In this document: in pieces, positions 30,165-43,545 of the stretch
Position numbering within the stretch: position 1 is the first letter of the stretch
How the letters are laid out: every line of letters begins with the position of its first letter
NCBI RefSeq assembly: GCF_009914755.1
Contig: NC_060929.1
Source of the DNA: the human T2T-CHM13v2.0 reference genome, Homo sapiens
Length of the DNA: 64,000 nucleotides
Reading direction: 5' to 3' (one strand)
Notes under the pieces: model-generated
The model's database searches: none
Told to the model about the DNA's origin: nothing
The model's input: the letters and a program-made list of their open reading frames with translations, nothing else
Translations under genes and position numbers: made by a program

Positions 30165-30640
30165 AGCTGGCGTTGGCCTGGTAAATATTTAATACACATG
30201 TATGTGCATATATATATGTGTGTGTATGTATGTATAGTATAAATTTTACTGATAGAAAGGATGTTTAGCAAGCATTTAAAAATAATAATAAAATATACAA
30301 TTCTTTCTATTATAAATTCTAAGTGATTCATAAATTCTCACAGAATGCTTTTCTTGATTTTTGCTGAACTTTTCTATCCATAACCAATTTATGATTGTAA
30401 TTGATAAGTTACATGAATGTCACATGAATTGTCACATGAATGTCAGTTGATATTTTCATTTAACATACCATATAGAGTAAAATGACAAAGACATTGAATA
30501 TTGACTTGTTTATCAAAGATGTGACTTCCTTGCTGCATTGGATAATACCTTTTAAATATTGGGAGATTATTTGCCATTTTTTTTTGCTATTCACAATGTA
30601 ACAGCTACAAATATACAAATTAAACAATCTTAATAGTATA
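30165..30640. mobile_element. MER63-like (hAT-Blackjack) DNA transposon, left part
   Basis: Terminus-like ctggtaaatatttaa; internal attctcacagaatgcttt; presumed partner of 38708-39360. Confidence 0.55.
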
Positions 30641-30748
30641 CTTTATTTTTTATTTCAATAGGTTTTTGGGGAACAAGTAGTGTTTGGTTACATGAATAAG
30701 TTATTTAGTGGTGATTTCTGAGATTTTGGTGCACTCATCAATCATCAC

Positions 30749-30763
30749 ATATATATATATGTG

Positions 30764-30803
<40 letters not shown>
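30749..30803. repeat. (TA)n(CA)n compound microsatellite at a 3'UTR deletion in L1PB1
   Basis: atatatatatatgtgatatatacacacaca... Confidence 0.9.
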
Positions 30804-30804
<1 letters not shown>

Positions 30805-31786
30805 ACAGTTTCTTTTACCCACTTGTTGATTGATAGGCATTTGGGCTGGTTCTATATTTTTGCAATTATGAATTGTGCTGCTATAAACATGAGTGTGCAA
30901 GTATCTTTTTCGAATAATGACTTCTTTTCCTCTGGGTAGATAACCAGTAGTGGGATTGCTGGATCAAATGGTAGTTCTACAAGGTCTCCAAACTGTTCTC
31001 CACACTGTTTCCCATAGTGGTTGTACTAGTTTACATTCCCACCAGCAGTGTAGAAGTGTTCCCTTTTCACCGCATCCACGCCAGCATCTATTATTTTTTT
31101 ATTATGGCCATTCTTGTGGGAGTAAGGTGTTAGTGCACTGTGGTTTTGATTTGCATATCCCTGATCATTAGTGATGTTGAGCACTTTTTCATATGTTTGT
31201 TGGCCATCTGTATATCTTGTTTTGAGAATTGTCTATTCATGTCTTTAGCCCACTTTTTGATGCGATTGTTTGTTTTTTTCTAATTTGTTTGAGTTCCTCG
31301 TAGATTCTGGATATTAATCCTTTGTCAGATGTATAGACTGTGAAGATTTTCTCTCACTCTCTGGGTTGTCTGTTTATTCTGCTGATTGTTTCTTTTGCCA
31401 TGCAAAAACTCTTTAGTTTAATTAAGTCCCACCTATTTATCTTTGTTTTTGTTGCATTTGCTTTTGGGTTCTTGGTCATGAAATCTTTGCCTAAGCCAAT
31501 GTTTAGAAGTGTTTTTCTGATGTTATTGTCTAGAATTTTTATGGTTTCAGGTCTCAGATTTAAGTTCTTGATCCATCTTGAGTTGATTTTTGTATAAGGT
31601 GAGAGATGAGGATCCTGTTTCATTCTCTTACATGTAGCTTGCCAATTATCCCAGCACCAATTGTTGAATCGGGTGTCCTTTCCCCACTTTATGTTTTTGT
31701 TTGCTTTGTCAAAGATCAGTTGGCTGTAAGTATTTGGCTTTATTTTGGGTTCTCTAGTCTGTTCCATTGGTCTGTGTGCCTACTTC

Positions 31787-34707
31787 TTTTTTTTCTTCAA
31801 AAGAAACAATTTATTTAGAATAAAACAAAAGCAGCTCAACTGTGAGTACATGTTTGAGAGACAGCTACTCTTAAGCTGTGTGAGCCATCAAAAAGGTTTT
31901 TCTTTACTCTTCTAGAAATCTTATGTACATAGCACAAAGCAAACAGGTCATTTTTTTCCCCACTTAAAACACTGGCATTGGCATCACAATGGCAGATACA
32001 AAACTTTAAGCTGCCATTTTAGTGAAATGCACAAATACTAAATAGATTACCTTTCTTCCATCAGAGGGCCACGTAAATTCCACATAAGCCACAATTTCTC
32101 TTCAAAAAGGTCCATTAGAGCTTTGAATTCCACATCTCCATCTGCTGTTCAACCAGTTTTGCATGGACAATAATCATGACCAGGTAATCTTCTTCAGATT
32201 TAGCCAGTGCCTTGGAATCCAGGAATTGGTGGGAGAGCTCACAAGGTGGGAAGGCAAGAAGGATCCCGGCGTTTTCCTTGTCTTTGTTGTGCCCCCCTCA
32301 CCAGGCTGATCACCCTGGGTACCTGCTTTTGCTTTAAATAGGACACAAGGCTCCTAAGCAGCCTCTTAGTAGAAGTGACAGTGTCTGAGGAAGAGGGGGA
32401 CCGGCTGTCAGAACTTCCAGGCACAGCCAGAAGAATGGCATAACCATTAGGCCCTGCTACTTTGATGCATCGAGTTACTTCATCCAACTTGGGCTGGTCT
32501 AAACAGAGACACTGAGTGATCCTGAGCTGGGCCACTTTGGCCCTCCACAAGAAGACTGCTAGCCACTTGGAGGTCACCCTGCAACAACTGCATGTTGGAA
32601 TGTTGGAAGGAAAGTTGCTGTTCTTCAGTAGAAGCATGCCCTGCCAGGCCAAACAGAGTTTGGGAGAGGCTGCTGCCACAGGGGCTGTCCCCTCATCCTG
32701 TTTCTGGGAAGGGGACTTCAGCTTCCAGGAAGCAGTGTTTGTGCTAGGTCCACTCCCATCAGTGTGGTCTTCTTTTTTCAGAAGGTTTTTCCCCTCAGTG
32801 GTGCTTCCTATCCACTCAGCTGAGGCAGAGTTTTTATGGTCTCGCTTGTCATCCTGGCTCTTCTCCAAACTACCTCATCCGTCTCTGATCAGAGAGGGCA
32901 TTTCCAAGAGAAGACGGGAAGATGGATCATTGTCGCTGTTGTAAGGATCCAGGCTACTGCTCAGTTCTGGACTGTGGTCAGAAGAAGGAGCGCAGTGACA
33001 TTTTTGTGGGCAGTCACTCTCAGGAGACCTATCGAGATGCCGTCCTCCACTCTCATCAGGCAGCTTTTGCTTACCAGGCTGGTCTCTGCTGCTGGGCAGA
33101 TCTTGATCACCTCTGTCCCTGTCCAAAGACCAACAACTATCCCGCCTGTGATCCAGGCTATTCAGTGGCTCGTAAGCAGGCACAGCAGTAGCTGCAGTCC
33201 CAGTGCTGCCTTCTCCGATTGGGGGTGGGGGTGGCACCCAATCTGAATCAGGATAAAGGTCTCTATCACAATCTCTGTATAGTAAGGGTGGTGTCCTATC
33301 CTAAGCACCCCTCAAAGGGTCAAGGGCCTGATGTCCAAAAGCATCTGTCACCAGCTCATAATGAGTCAAGGGCAGAGGCTGCATATATTGTTGCTGGTAA
33401 CGACGTTTGGTGTCTGCAAAGTCTAGTCTAAGGTGGTGATCTGGGCCACCAAGTGGGAAGTCCTGCATATGGGTCCAGGCAGCGTGCACTGCATCCAGGC
33501 TTTCATACTGGATATACACCCAACTGTCACCTTTCTGTAGTCTGTGGGGTGTATGGTGCCAAGTTGGTCAAACTCTCATGTCAGGGCAGCAAGAGGCATC
33601 CAAGGTTTCAGGCCACCCACCCAGAGGTGGGTGGTGTGTGTAGCTTTACCATAACCAATTTTGATAGGATTCCAAATTATAATTTTGCTGAACATTGCTA
33701 ATTTGGCCCTGTGGGACATATCTAGGTTCTCAAATTTGAGAAGGCTGTAATTACTGCTCTGGCCAAGAAAAGGGCTCTTGATATCTACTTCTGTGATGAC
33801 TCCAAAGCAATCAAACGCCCTTCTTATGTCACTCTCTGTTACAGTTGTGTCTAGGTTGCCCAAGAAAAGCATCTGGTTAGTTCTATGATGATCCTTGGGT
33901 GACATCTCATCCACTTTTCTGAAAGGAGCAGCATCTGCTTCAGCTCCCTCCCTTGGTTTAAGACTGTATGCTGGGGGCACTCTCTCATAGAACAGATAGT
34001 CTCCTTTTCTTTCCAGCTCTCTAGGCAATGGTGGCAGAGGTGGAGAGGGTAGGCGGCCAAGAGCCATCTGCTGCAGACCTATCTCTGTATCCCAAAGCCG
34101 CACCACCAGAGGAAAGTGATCTCTGGCCTCCACCACCTCCAGGGGAGTGCGGGTGACCACCTACAGAGGCTCCCACCACACTGGCTGATGGAGGATAAAT
34201 ATCTTTGTCTAAAGGGGAGCAGCTGTGGTGCCTGCTCCCATGCACAGCTTCTGTCTTCAGAGGCAAGTCAGAGAGCACCAGGCCGCCTCTGTGTGCTTGG
34301 CCACCCGCGCGTCCTCTGGCTGTGGGAGGTTCACAAAGGCTACCAGCTCATCTCCACTGCCAGAACCCGACAGCTGATTGATTTTGACCCTTACATCCCT
34401 GAAGCCTTTGAACTCATGAAACAGGCCATCCTCCACCGCTTCCTCACTCAGCTAGGACAAGAGCTGAAGAGGTGGCCCCAGAGGAAAGCGACTCCACCCC
34501 TTCACCCCTCCACCCCAGGAGCTGCTGCGCGACTCGCCCTGCCCGAGTAATTTTTGGTGCTGGGAAGCTATAACTATGCAAGACGCCAGTGTAGTTGCCC
34601 CCACTAGTGTCATACTCACGACTGCCACCTCAGCTGCTGGACTTGTCCAGGTGGAGACTCTGTTGCCACCTGCTGCCACTATTGGTCTTTCTACTGCTGC
34701 TCTCATT
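31787..34707 (-). pseudogene. RBM15P: RBM15 processed pseudogene, 5'-truncated, with many frameshifts
   Basis: RRM segments (NQMLFLGNLDTTVTESDIRRAFD.FG.ITEVDIK; LWVGGL; YIQYESLDA..AAWTHM..FPLGGPD..LRLDFAD); SPOC segment (LCLAWQGMLLLKNSNFP; LRITQ.L.LDQPKLDEVTR); stop at 32115-32117, AATAAA at 31810-31815, poly-T remnant 31787-31794. Confidence 0.93.
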
Positions 34708-36044
34708 TTTCTACCAGTACCATGCTGTTTTGGTGACTATGGCTTTATAGTATAGTTTGAAGTCAGATAATGTGATGCCTCCAGATTTGTTTCTTTCAGC
34801 AGTGTTTTGTAGTTTTCCTTGTAGAGGTCTTTTATCTCCTTTGTTAGGTATATTCCAAAGTGTTATTTATTATTATTATTATTATTATTTTGGCAGCTAT
34901 TGTAAAAGGGGTTGAGTTCTTGATTTGATTCTCAGCTTGGTTGTTGTTGGTGTATAGCAGAGCTACTGATTTGTGTACATTAATTTTGTATCCTGAAACT
35001 TTGCTGAATTCATTTATTAGTTCTAGGAGCTTTCTGTTGGAGTCTTTAGGGTTTTCTAGGTATACTATCATATCATCAGCAAACAGCGACAGTTTGACTT
35101 CCTCTTCACCAATTTGGATGCCCTTTATTTCTTTCTCTTGTCTAATTGCTCTGGCTAGGACTTCCAGTACTATGTTGAATAGAAGTGGTGAGAGTGGACA
35201 TCCTTGTCTTGTTCCAGTTCTCAGGGGGAATGCTATCAACTTTTCCCCATTCAGTATTACTTCGGCTGTGGGTTTGTCATAGATAGCTTTTATTACGTTA
35301 AGATATGTCCCTTCTATGCTGATTTTGCTGAGGGTTTTAATCATAAAGGAATGCTAGATTTTGTCAAATGCTTTTTCTGCATTGATTGAGATGATAATGT
35401 GATTTTTGGTTTTAATTCTGTTTATGTAGTGTATCACATTTATTGACTTGCATATGTCAAACTATCTTTGGTATGAAACCCACTTGATCATGGTGGATTA
35501 TCTTTTTGATATTCTGATGGATTTGGTTAGCTAATAGTTTGTTAAGGATTTTTGCATTTGTATTCATCAGGGATATTGGTCTGTAGTTTTCTTTTTTTGC
35601 TATGTCCTTTCCTGATTTTTGTATTAGAGTGATACGGGCTTCATAGAATGACTTAAGGAGGATTCCCTCTTTATCTTGTGGAATAATATCGATAGGATTG
35701 GTACAAATTCTTTGAATGTCTGAAAGAATTCAACTGTGAATCCATTTGATCCTGGACTTTTTTTGTTGGAGGTTTTTAAAATTACCATTTCAATCTTGCT
35801 GCTTGTTATTGGTTTTAGAATAGAATAGCATTTCTATTTCTTCCTGTTTTAATCTAGGGGGATTGCATATTTCCAGGAATTTACCCATTTCCTCTAGGTT
35901 TTCTAGTTTATGTGTGTAAAGCTGTTCATAGTAGCCTTGAATAATCTTTTGTATTTCTCCGGTATCAGTAGTAATATCTCCTGTTTCATTTCTAATTGAG
36001 CTTATTTGGATCTTCTCTCTTCTTTTCTTGGTTAATCTCACTAG

Positions 36045-36371
<327 letters not shown>

Positions 36372-38332
36372 AATTTTATTTATCTTTTCAAAGAACCAGG
36401 TTTTTGTTTCATTTATCTTTTGTATTTTTTGGTTTTAATTTCATTTAATTCTGCTCTGATCTTTGTTATTTATTTTCTTCTGCAGGGTTTGGGTTTGGCT
36501 CATTCTTGTTTGTTTTGTTCCTTGAGGTGTGACCTTAGATTGTCTATTTGTGCTCTTTCAGACTTTTTGATATAGACATTTAATGCTATGAATTTTCCTC
36601 TTAGCAAGGTCTTTGCTGTATTCCAGAGGTTTTGATAGGTTGTGTCACTATTATCATTCAGTTCAAATAATTTTAAAATTTTCATCTTGATTTTATTGTT
36701 GACCCAATGATCATTCAGGACCAGGTTATTTAATTTCCATGTATTTGAGGGTTCCTTTGGAGTTGATTTCCAATTTTATTCCACTGTGGTCTGAGAGAGT
36801 ACTTGATTTAATTTCAATTTTCTTAAATGTATTAAGACTCATTTTGTGGCCTATCATATGGTCTAACATGGAGAATGTTCCATGTGCTGATGAATAGAAT
36901 GTATATTCTGCAGTTGCTGGGCAGAATGTTCTGTAAATATCTGTTAAGTCCATTTGTTCTAGGGTATAGTTTAAATCCATTGTTTCCTTGTTGACTTTCT
37001 GTCTTGATGACCTGTCTAGTGCTGTCAGTGGAGTATTGAAGTCACCCACTATTATTATGTTGCTGTCTATCTCATTTCTTAGGCCTAATAGTAATTGTTT
37101 TATAAATTTGGGAGCTCCAGTGTTAGGTGCATATATATTTAGAATTGTGAAACTTTCCTGTTGGATAAGTCCTTTCATCATTATATAATGTCCCTCTTTG
37201 TCTTTTTTTAACTGCCATTGCTTTAAAGCTCATTTTGCCTAATATAAGAATAGCTACTCCTGCTTGCTTTTGATGTCCATTTGCATGAAATGTCTATTTC
37301 TATCCCTTTACCTTAAGTTTATGTGAGTCCTTATGTGTTAGATGAGTCTCTTAAAGACAGTAGTTACTTGGTTGGTGAATTCTTATCCATTCTGCCATTC
37401 TGTATTTTTTAACTGGAGCATTTAGGCCATTTTCATTCAACGTTTAGTAGTGAGATGTGAGGTCCTGTTCTATTCGTGGTGCTATTTGTTGTTTGTTGCC
37501 TGAATATCTGTTTTTTTTTAATTGTGTTTTTGTTTTGTAGGCACTGTGAGATTTATGCTTGAAGGAGGTTCTATTTTAGTGTATTTCAAGGATTTGTTTC
37601 AAGATTTAGAGCTCCTTTAGCCATTCTTGTAGCGTTGGCTTGATACTGGTGAATTCTCTCAGCATTTGTTTGTCAGAAAAAGACTGTATCTTTCCTTCAT
37701 TTATGAAGCTTAGTTCTGCGGGACACAAAACTCTTGGCTGATAATGGTTTTGTTTAAGGAGTCTGAAGATAGGGCCCCAATCTCTTCTAGCTTGTAGGAT
37801 TTCTGCTGAGAAATCTGCTGTTAATCTGCTAGGTTTTCCTTTAGAGGTTACCTGGTGCTTTGCCTCATACCTCTTAAGATTCTTTCCTTCGTCTTGACTT
37901 TAGATAACGTGATGACTATGTGCCTAAGTGATTATCTTTTTGCTATAAATTTCTCAGGTGTTCTTTGAGCTTCTTGTATTTGGATATCTAGATTTCTAGC
38001 AAAGTTGGGAAGTTTTCCTCAATTATTCCCTTAAATATGTTTTCCAAACTTAGATTTCTCTTTTTCCTCAGGAACACCAATTAATCTTAGGTTTGGTCAT
38101 TTAACATAATCCCAAATTTCCTGGAGCGTTTGTCCATTTTTTAAATTATTTTTTCTTTGTCTTTGTTGGATTGGGTTAATTCAAAAACCTTGTCTTTGAG
38201 CTCTGAAGTTCTTTCTTCCGCTTGTCTGATTCTATTGCTGAGACTTTCCAGTGCATTTTGCATTTCTCTAAGTGTGTCCTTGATTTCCAGAAGTTGTGAT
38301 TGTTTTTTATCTATGCTATGTATTTCACCGAA

Positions 38333-38707
38333 GGCTAGGAGCTTGTATGCCAAAGAAAGCAAAAGGATCCTTGACAACAATTATTAACCCTATTAGTAAT
38401 AGACTGAAGGCTGTCAGGAAAGATGCTATGTGTCTATATATTGGTTGAGGGAGGTAATTCTCTCCTTCAGTGTGATGTCTGGGTACTGCTGGCTAATAAC
38501 CCACATGTGCTCCTCAAACACCCACCTGTAACCTTAGGAAACAGAAATCTAGAACTTGAGCGGTGGCCCTGTGGTGTATTGCATCTTTAATCTCTTGCTG
38601 GGCATGCTGCCCAGGTTGGCCACCACTGCCGACACCACCAGGAGAAGTAGCAGAAGCCTCATCTTAATTGAGCCAGCTGCTTCAGCTGCCCTCATACTGA
38701 GACTGCC
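38333..38707 (-). pseudogene. SELENOTP: SELENOT (selenoprotein T) processed pseudogene: 5'UTR plus N-terminal coding part only, fused to L1
   Basis: ATG at 38662 reads MRLLLLLLVVSAVVANLGSMPSKRLKMQYTTGPPLKF*ISVS*GYRWVFEEHMWVISQQYPDI/EGENYLPQPIYRHIASFL...IIVVKDPFAFFGIQAPS, matching recalled SELENOT; contiguous, no introns; absent from the ORF track. Confidence 0.92.
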
Positions 38708-39360
38708 TATCATACACTTTTAAAATTAATCTATGCTGCTAACATTTTCTCTGTTATCTTTTAAAGTCTAGACTAGGGTTTTCTGTAAAGGCCAGATAGG
38801 AGATATTTTATGCTTTTTGGTCCATATGGTATCTGTTGCAACTATTCAACTGCCATGAAAGCATAAAAGCAGCCATGGATGATAGTGAACAAAGAGCTGT
38901 GGCTGTGTTCCAATAAAACTTTATTTACACAAACAGCTGGCAGGCTGGATTTGGCCTACTGGCCATAGTGATCCTTGTTCTACACAATCAATGAAATAAT
39001 AAATTAAGCCCTGATTTTAGCATCACTAACTTTTGTGATGTAAATGCTCCCACCATAGCCAATTTCATGCTATCAGTATGGCATCATGAAATAAAGACTT
39101 GGGAAAAGATGCATAGCAGCATTCCATGCTTATAGTATGTCCATTGTGTGGACACGATAGATATAAATAACCTCAGAAGTCTTGATAGTAGTAAAATGTA
39201 TCAAAGTAATATGAATGATAAGTTGTGAATATTTATTAGCTTCATTTCTAACATGATTTATTTCATTTTAAGTTGATATAATTTATTTTGTAATAATGGC
39301 TATGTTTAACAATCAGCTCACAAAATCCCTGAAAATTTAACAATTGGCGCCTGTGAGCTG
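38708..39360. mobile_element. MER63-like DNA transposon, right part (contains MER58A)
   Basis: ccctgattt...gtaaatgctcccaccatagccaatttca...ggctatgtttaacaatcagctcacaaaatccctgaaaatttaacaattggc matches the recalled MER63 end. Confidence 0.75.
38774..38977. mobile_element. MER58A hAT-Charlie MITE
   Basis: ttttctgtaaaggccagatag...gtggctgtgttccaataaaactttatttacac; 8-bp TSD-like gtctagac/ttctacac. Confidence 0.85.
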
Positions 39361-39646
39361 TGTGTAGTTACATGGGAATAGAGAATATCAGACCTATTAT
39401 TTATAGCACATACTGGAATAAATTTCAAATGGCTCTAAGAGATAAATGTAAAAATAAAATGAAATCACACAAGTTCTAGAGAAGGTAGGATGAAGTCCTC
39501 TACAATCTGTGAGTTGGGAAAAGTTTCTAAACTATGGCTAAAATCCAGAAGCAATAAGGAAAATGAGATTATATTAACTTTATAAAATGAATTGAAACTC
39601 TTTTTTTTTTTTGCATTTTCTGGAATAATTTATAAAACAGGAATTA

Positions 39647-39859
<213 letters not shown>

Positions 39860-40509
39860 TCATTTTGAAAGCATGCCGGCAGGCCTGGAGATCTTTGGTT
39901 TGGAGATTTAACTACCAATTAAATTTCCTTAATCCTTGTGAGTCTATTTTAAGTTTCCTTTTTCTTCTTGGGTTAGTTTGGCATTTTATATATTTTCCAG
40001 GAATTTATTTATTTTATCTCTTTTGAAACCTGTAATTATTTTCCTATCTTTATTTTTTGATCAGCGTTTTATTTACCTTTGTTGTCTCCTTTTCTCCTTA
40101 TTCACTTTTATCAAAAGTTTATCTTAGCAATCTTTTCAAAAATAGAGCTTTTTAGTTTTATAAATCTCTTCTACTTAAAAAATGTATTATATTGTTTCCT
40201 TTATTATATCTTTTTTCTTCTTTGGGTTTGCTTTGATGTTCTTTTTTATAACTTCTTGAGTTGGATGCTTAGCATACTTTGTTTCAACTTTTATTGTTTC
40301 TTCATAAACATATTTAAAGGTATAAATGTTCTTTCTAAATAATACTTTAGTTATGTACCATATATTTTGTATTTCCAAGTTCATTCAATTCTAGGTATTT
40401 ACTCATTTTGATTATAATTTCATTTTTAACCTGTGAGTTATTTAGCAATATGTTACCTTCAGAATTTGAGACATTTGTAAAAGTTTTGTATTATTAATTT
40501 CTTGTATTA

Positions 40510-40836
<327 letters not shown>

Positions 40837-41079
40837 ATCTGCATAATATTGTCCCTGGGTTTATTGGAACTTTCTGTAAACCTAGTCTACTAGTGTAAAT
40901 ATGTGCATGATTCTAAAAATATGTATGTGCTATTTGTTGCATAAACTATTGTAGCATATATATATATATAAATCATACCATTGGAACATACATATTAAAG
41001 ATCTGAACAATATAATTAATAGTATGAGTCTATTAATTATAATGTTTAGATAAAAATCTGTTTAATTTTTGCTTAGTAC

Positions 41080-41536
41080 TTTTTTTCTCATTAAAATTTG
41101 TTTTAATGTGTCTCAAAATTCTGTGAGAGAGCTGTGGTTAAGTTGTTTCCATTAAAAAGTACTAATTTTAAAAACTAATAACTTAAAACTGCCACACACA
41201 CAGACACATACACACCAAAGTGGTCCACAAGACATTCTCCTTTCCTTCTGAAGGTTTTATGATGCATTGCTTTCATTAACCAGTCTTTTACTATTAAACT
41301 TAAATGGCCAATTGAAACAAACAGTTCTGAGACCATTCCTTCACCACTGATTAAGACTGAGGTTGCAGGTATTAGGGGTAATATTCATTTGGGCTTTCTG
41401 GGCAGACTTGGTGACCTTGCCAACTCCAGCAGCCTTCTTGTCCACTGCTTTGATGACACCCGTGGCAACTGTCTGTCTCATATCACGAACAGCAAAGCAA
41501 CGCAGAGGTGGATAGTCTAAGAGGCTCCCAACATAC
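41080..41536 (-). pseudogene. EEF1A1P: EEF1A1 processed pseudogene, 3' fragment (C-terminal codons, 3'UTR, poly-A)
   Basis: Minus strand reads gactatccacct...ctttgctgttcgtgatatgagacagacagttgcc..ggtgtcatcaaagcagtggacaagaaggctgctggag ([27 protein letters not shown]), then the EEF1A1 3'UTR; poly-T 41080-41086; 9-bp TSD tgcttagta at 41070-41078 and 41537-41545. Confidence 0.93.
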
Positions 41537-42169
41537 TGCTTAGTAAATTTTTGATAGTTGGGTGTTAAAAAAAAACTCCCAGTGATTTATCTGTTTCTCT
41601 ACTATACAGTTAGTGTAACCTATTATTAGGTGCATATGTATATTTGCAATGGTTATATCTTCTCACTGTTGTTTTATTTACCCCCCACATTAAATTCTCT
41701 TTTGTCAGCTATTATGAATGCAATTCTGGAATTCTTTCGGTTTCTGGTTTTTGTTTTTTTTTTGTCTTTCACTCTTTCATTTTCAAACTTATTATGTCTT
41801 TTGGTTTTAAGAATGTTTGTCATAGAAAACATATTTTTGGATTGCATTTTTACTTCTTAATAACATAGAGAGTATTTGTCTTTTCATTTGTGAACTAAAA
41901 CCATTTATATTTGTTGTAATTTTTATTATATTAAGAATTATTTATTCCATATTTTATATTTTCAATTTACTCCACTTTCTTTTGTTTTCTACTGGCTTGA
42001 AAATTATATATTCTATTTTGGTTTCATTATGGCTAGCCTGAAGACCCTTACTCATGTTTATTTATTCCTGTTAATTTCTTAAATTTATCAATATCTGTAT
42101 ATTCATCCTAACTGGACAATTTAGTGGACTCATGTATATATATTAGTTATTGTTCATATTTATATATAT

Positions 42170-42900
42170 GAATGCATATATATGAACTTGCAGAAATATA
42201 TCCTAATGGATCTGCTTCTCTGAATGAACCCTATTATACCCAGCTTCAGAAAGAGAGAAAAATAAGAGATGGGAAAAAGTCTAAACCTGGAAACATCACA
42301 ATAGAATTTAAGAACATCAAAGATAAGGAAAGAATTCAAAAAACTTCCAGAGATAGTGAAGAGATCAGCAATTAGAACAAAAATAAGATTTGAACAGTAC
42401 ACAGAAGACGACAAAAGGGAAAAAATGTGTTTTAAATATCAAAGGAAAGGTCAGGCGCAGTGGCTCATGCCTGTAATCCCAGCACTTCGGGAGGTGGAGG
42501 CAAGTGAATTGCTTGAGCCCAGGAGTTCCAGACCAGCCTGGGCAACATGGCAAAACCCTGTCTCCACAAAAAATATAAAAATTAGCCAGGCATGGTGATG
42601 CATTCCTATAGTACCAGCTACTTTGGAAGCTGAGGTGGGAGGATCACCTTAACCCTGAGGAGGTGGAGGCTGCAGTGAGCCGTGATCGTGCGACTGCACT
42701 CCAGCCTGAGTAACAGAGTGGGATCCTGTCTCAAAGGAAAATAAATTTGAACCTAGAATTGTATATCCAGCCAAATTGTCTTTCAACTATGATGGCCTAA
42801 TATATATACTTTAGATAAGACCAAGAATGAAGTTTCGCCACAAAAAGATACATACTGAAAACATGTTTGAAGCAATCTTTAATATTTAAGAAATATGGTA
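42170..42900 (+). mobile_element. Old L1M ORF1 fragment split by an Alu
   Basis: ORF 42172..42375 KPGNITIEFKNIKDKERIQKTSR is ORF1-like; aacctagaattgtatatccagccaaattgtc. Confidence 0.65.
42449..42732 (+). mobile_element. AluJb-like element with no poly-A tail
   Basis: Full dimer ending ctgtctc, followed directly by TSD aaaggaaa (also at 42441-42448). Confidence 0.88.
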
Positions 42901-43039
42901 AAGGTGATAAAATTCCTTGGTAAAGTTTGTATATCCTCACTAAAGTGAGAAAAAAACCATACTTACAATTTATCCAAAACAACTTATAATTAAAATTTGA
43001 GACAATATCAATATGATAGGAATGGTGAATGGGAATATA

Positions 43040-43545
43040 TACATCGCAGGGATTTGACCTAATGAAATTGTAAGAGCTGGTCAAGCAGCCTCTGTAAGAA
43101 GATTACCTGTACTTCCAATGCTAGAGCTTTGAAATACAGAGCAGACAGTTGGGAAGGGGAGGTGAAGTAAAGTGGAGGTGAGCAAGAACAAGCTGGAACC
43201 CACAAACTGGAGCCCACGAGGACAGACTACAATTTGTATTAGTGATTATTGCCTTTAACTTTGATTGTGCATGTTTGTTTATTGCAGAAACTGGAGTCCT
43301 GCATCATAGTTGCCAAGCACACACCTGGCCCAGAGTCAGAGAAGCTTAGTGGGGAAGGTAGAGCAACTGGAGGCTCCACTGATGCTTCCCACAAAGAAGG
43401 AGAGCTGGCAGACAAGGGCTAATGCCCAGCAAACCTTTCACAGGGTTCTCTCTTGTGGCCCACCCTAATTAGAAATATACAGGAAAGGGAATTTTAGGAA
43501 GCACAGTTCAGTCTAGTCACGTTGACACATTACAAAGCCACTGCT
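43040..43545 (-). mobile_element. LTR33-like ERVL LTR
   Basis: ggcccaccctaattagaaatatacaggaaagggaatt...gttgacacattacaaagcca. Confidence 0.7.

Noticed and set aside
32239-34706. Long ORFs (209, 194, 144, 142 aa) as a functional RBM15-like gene
   Set aside because: They are frameshifted fragments or antisense shadows of a 5'-truncated, CpG-decayed retrocopy.
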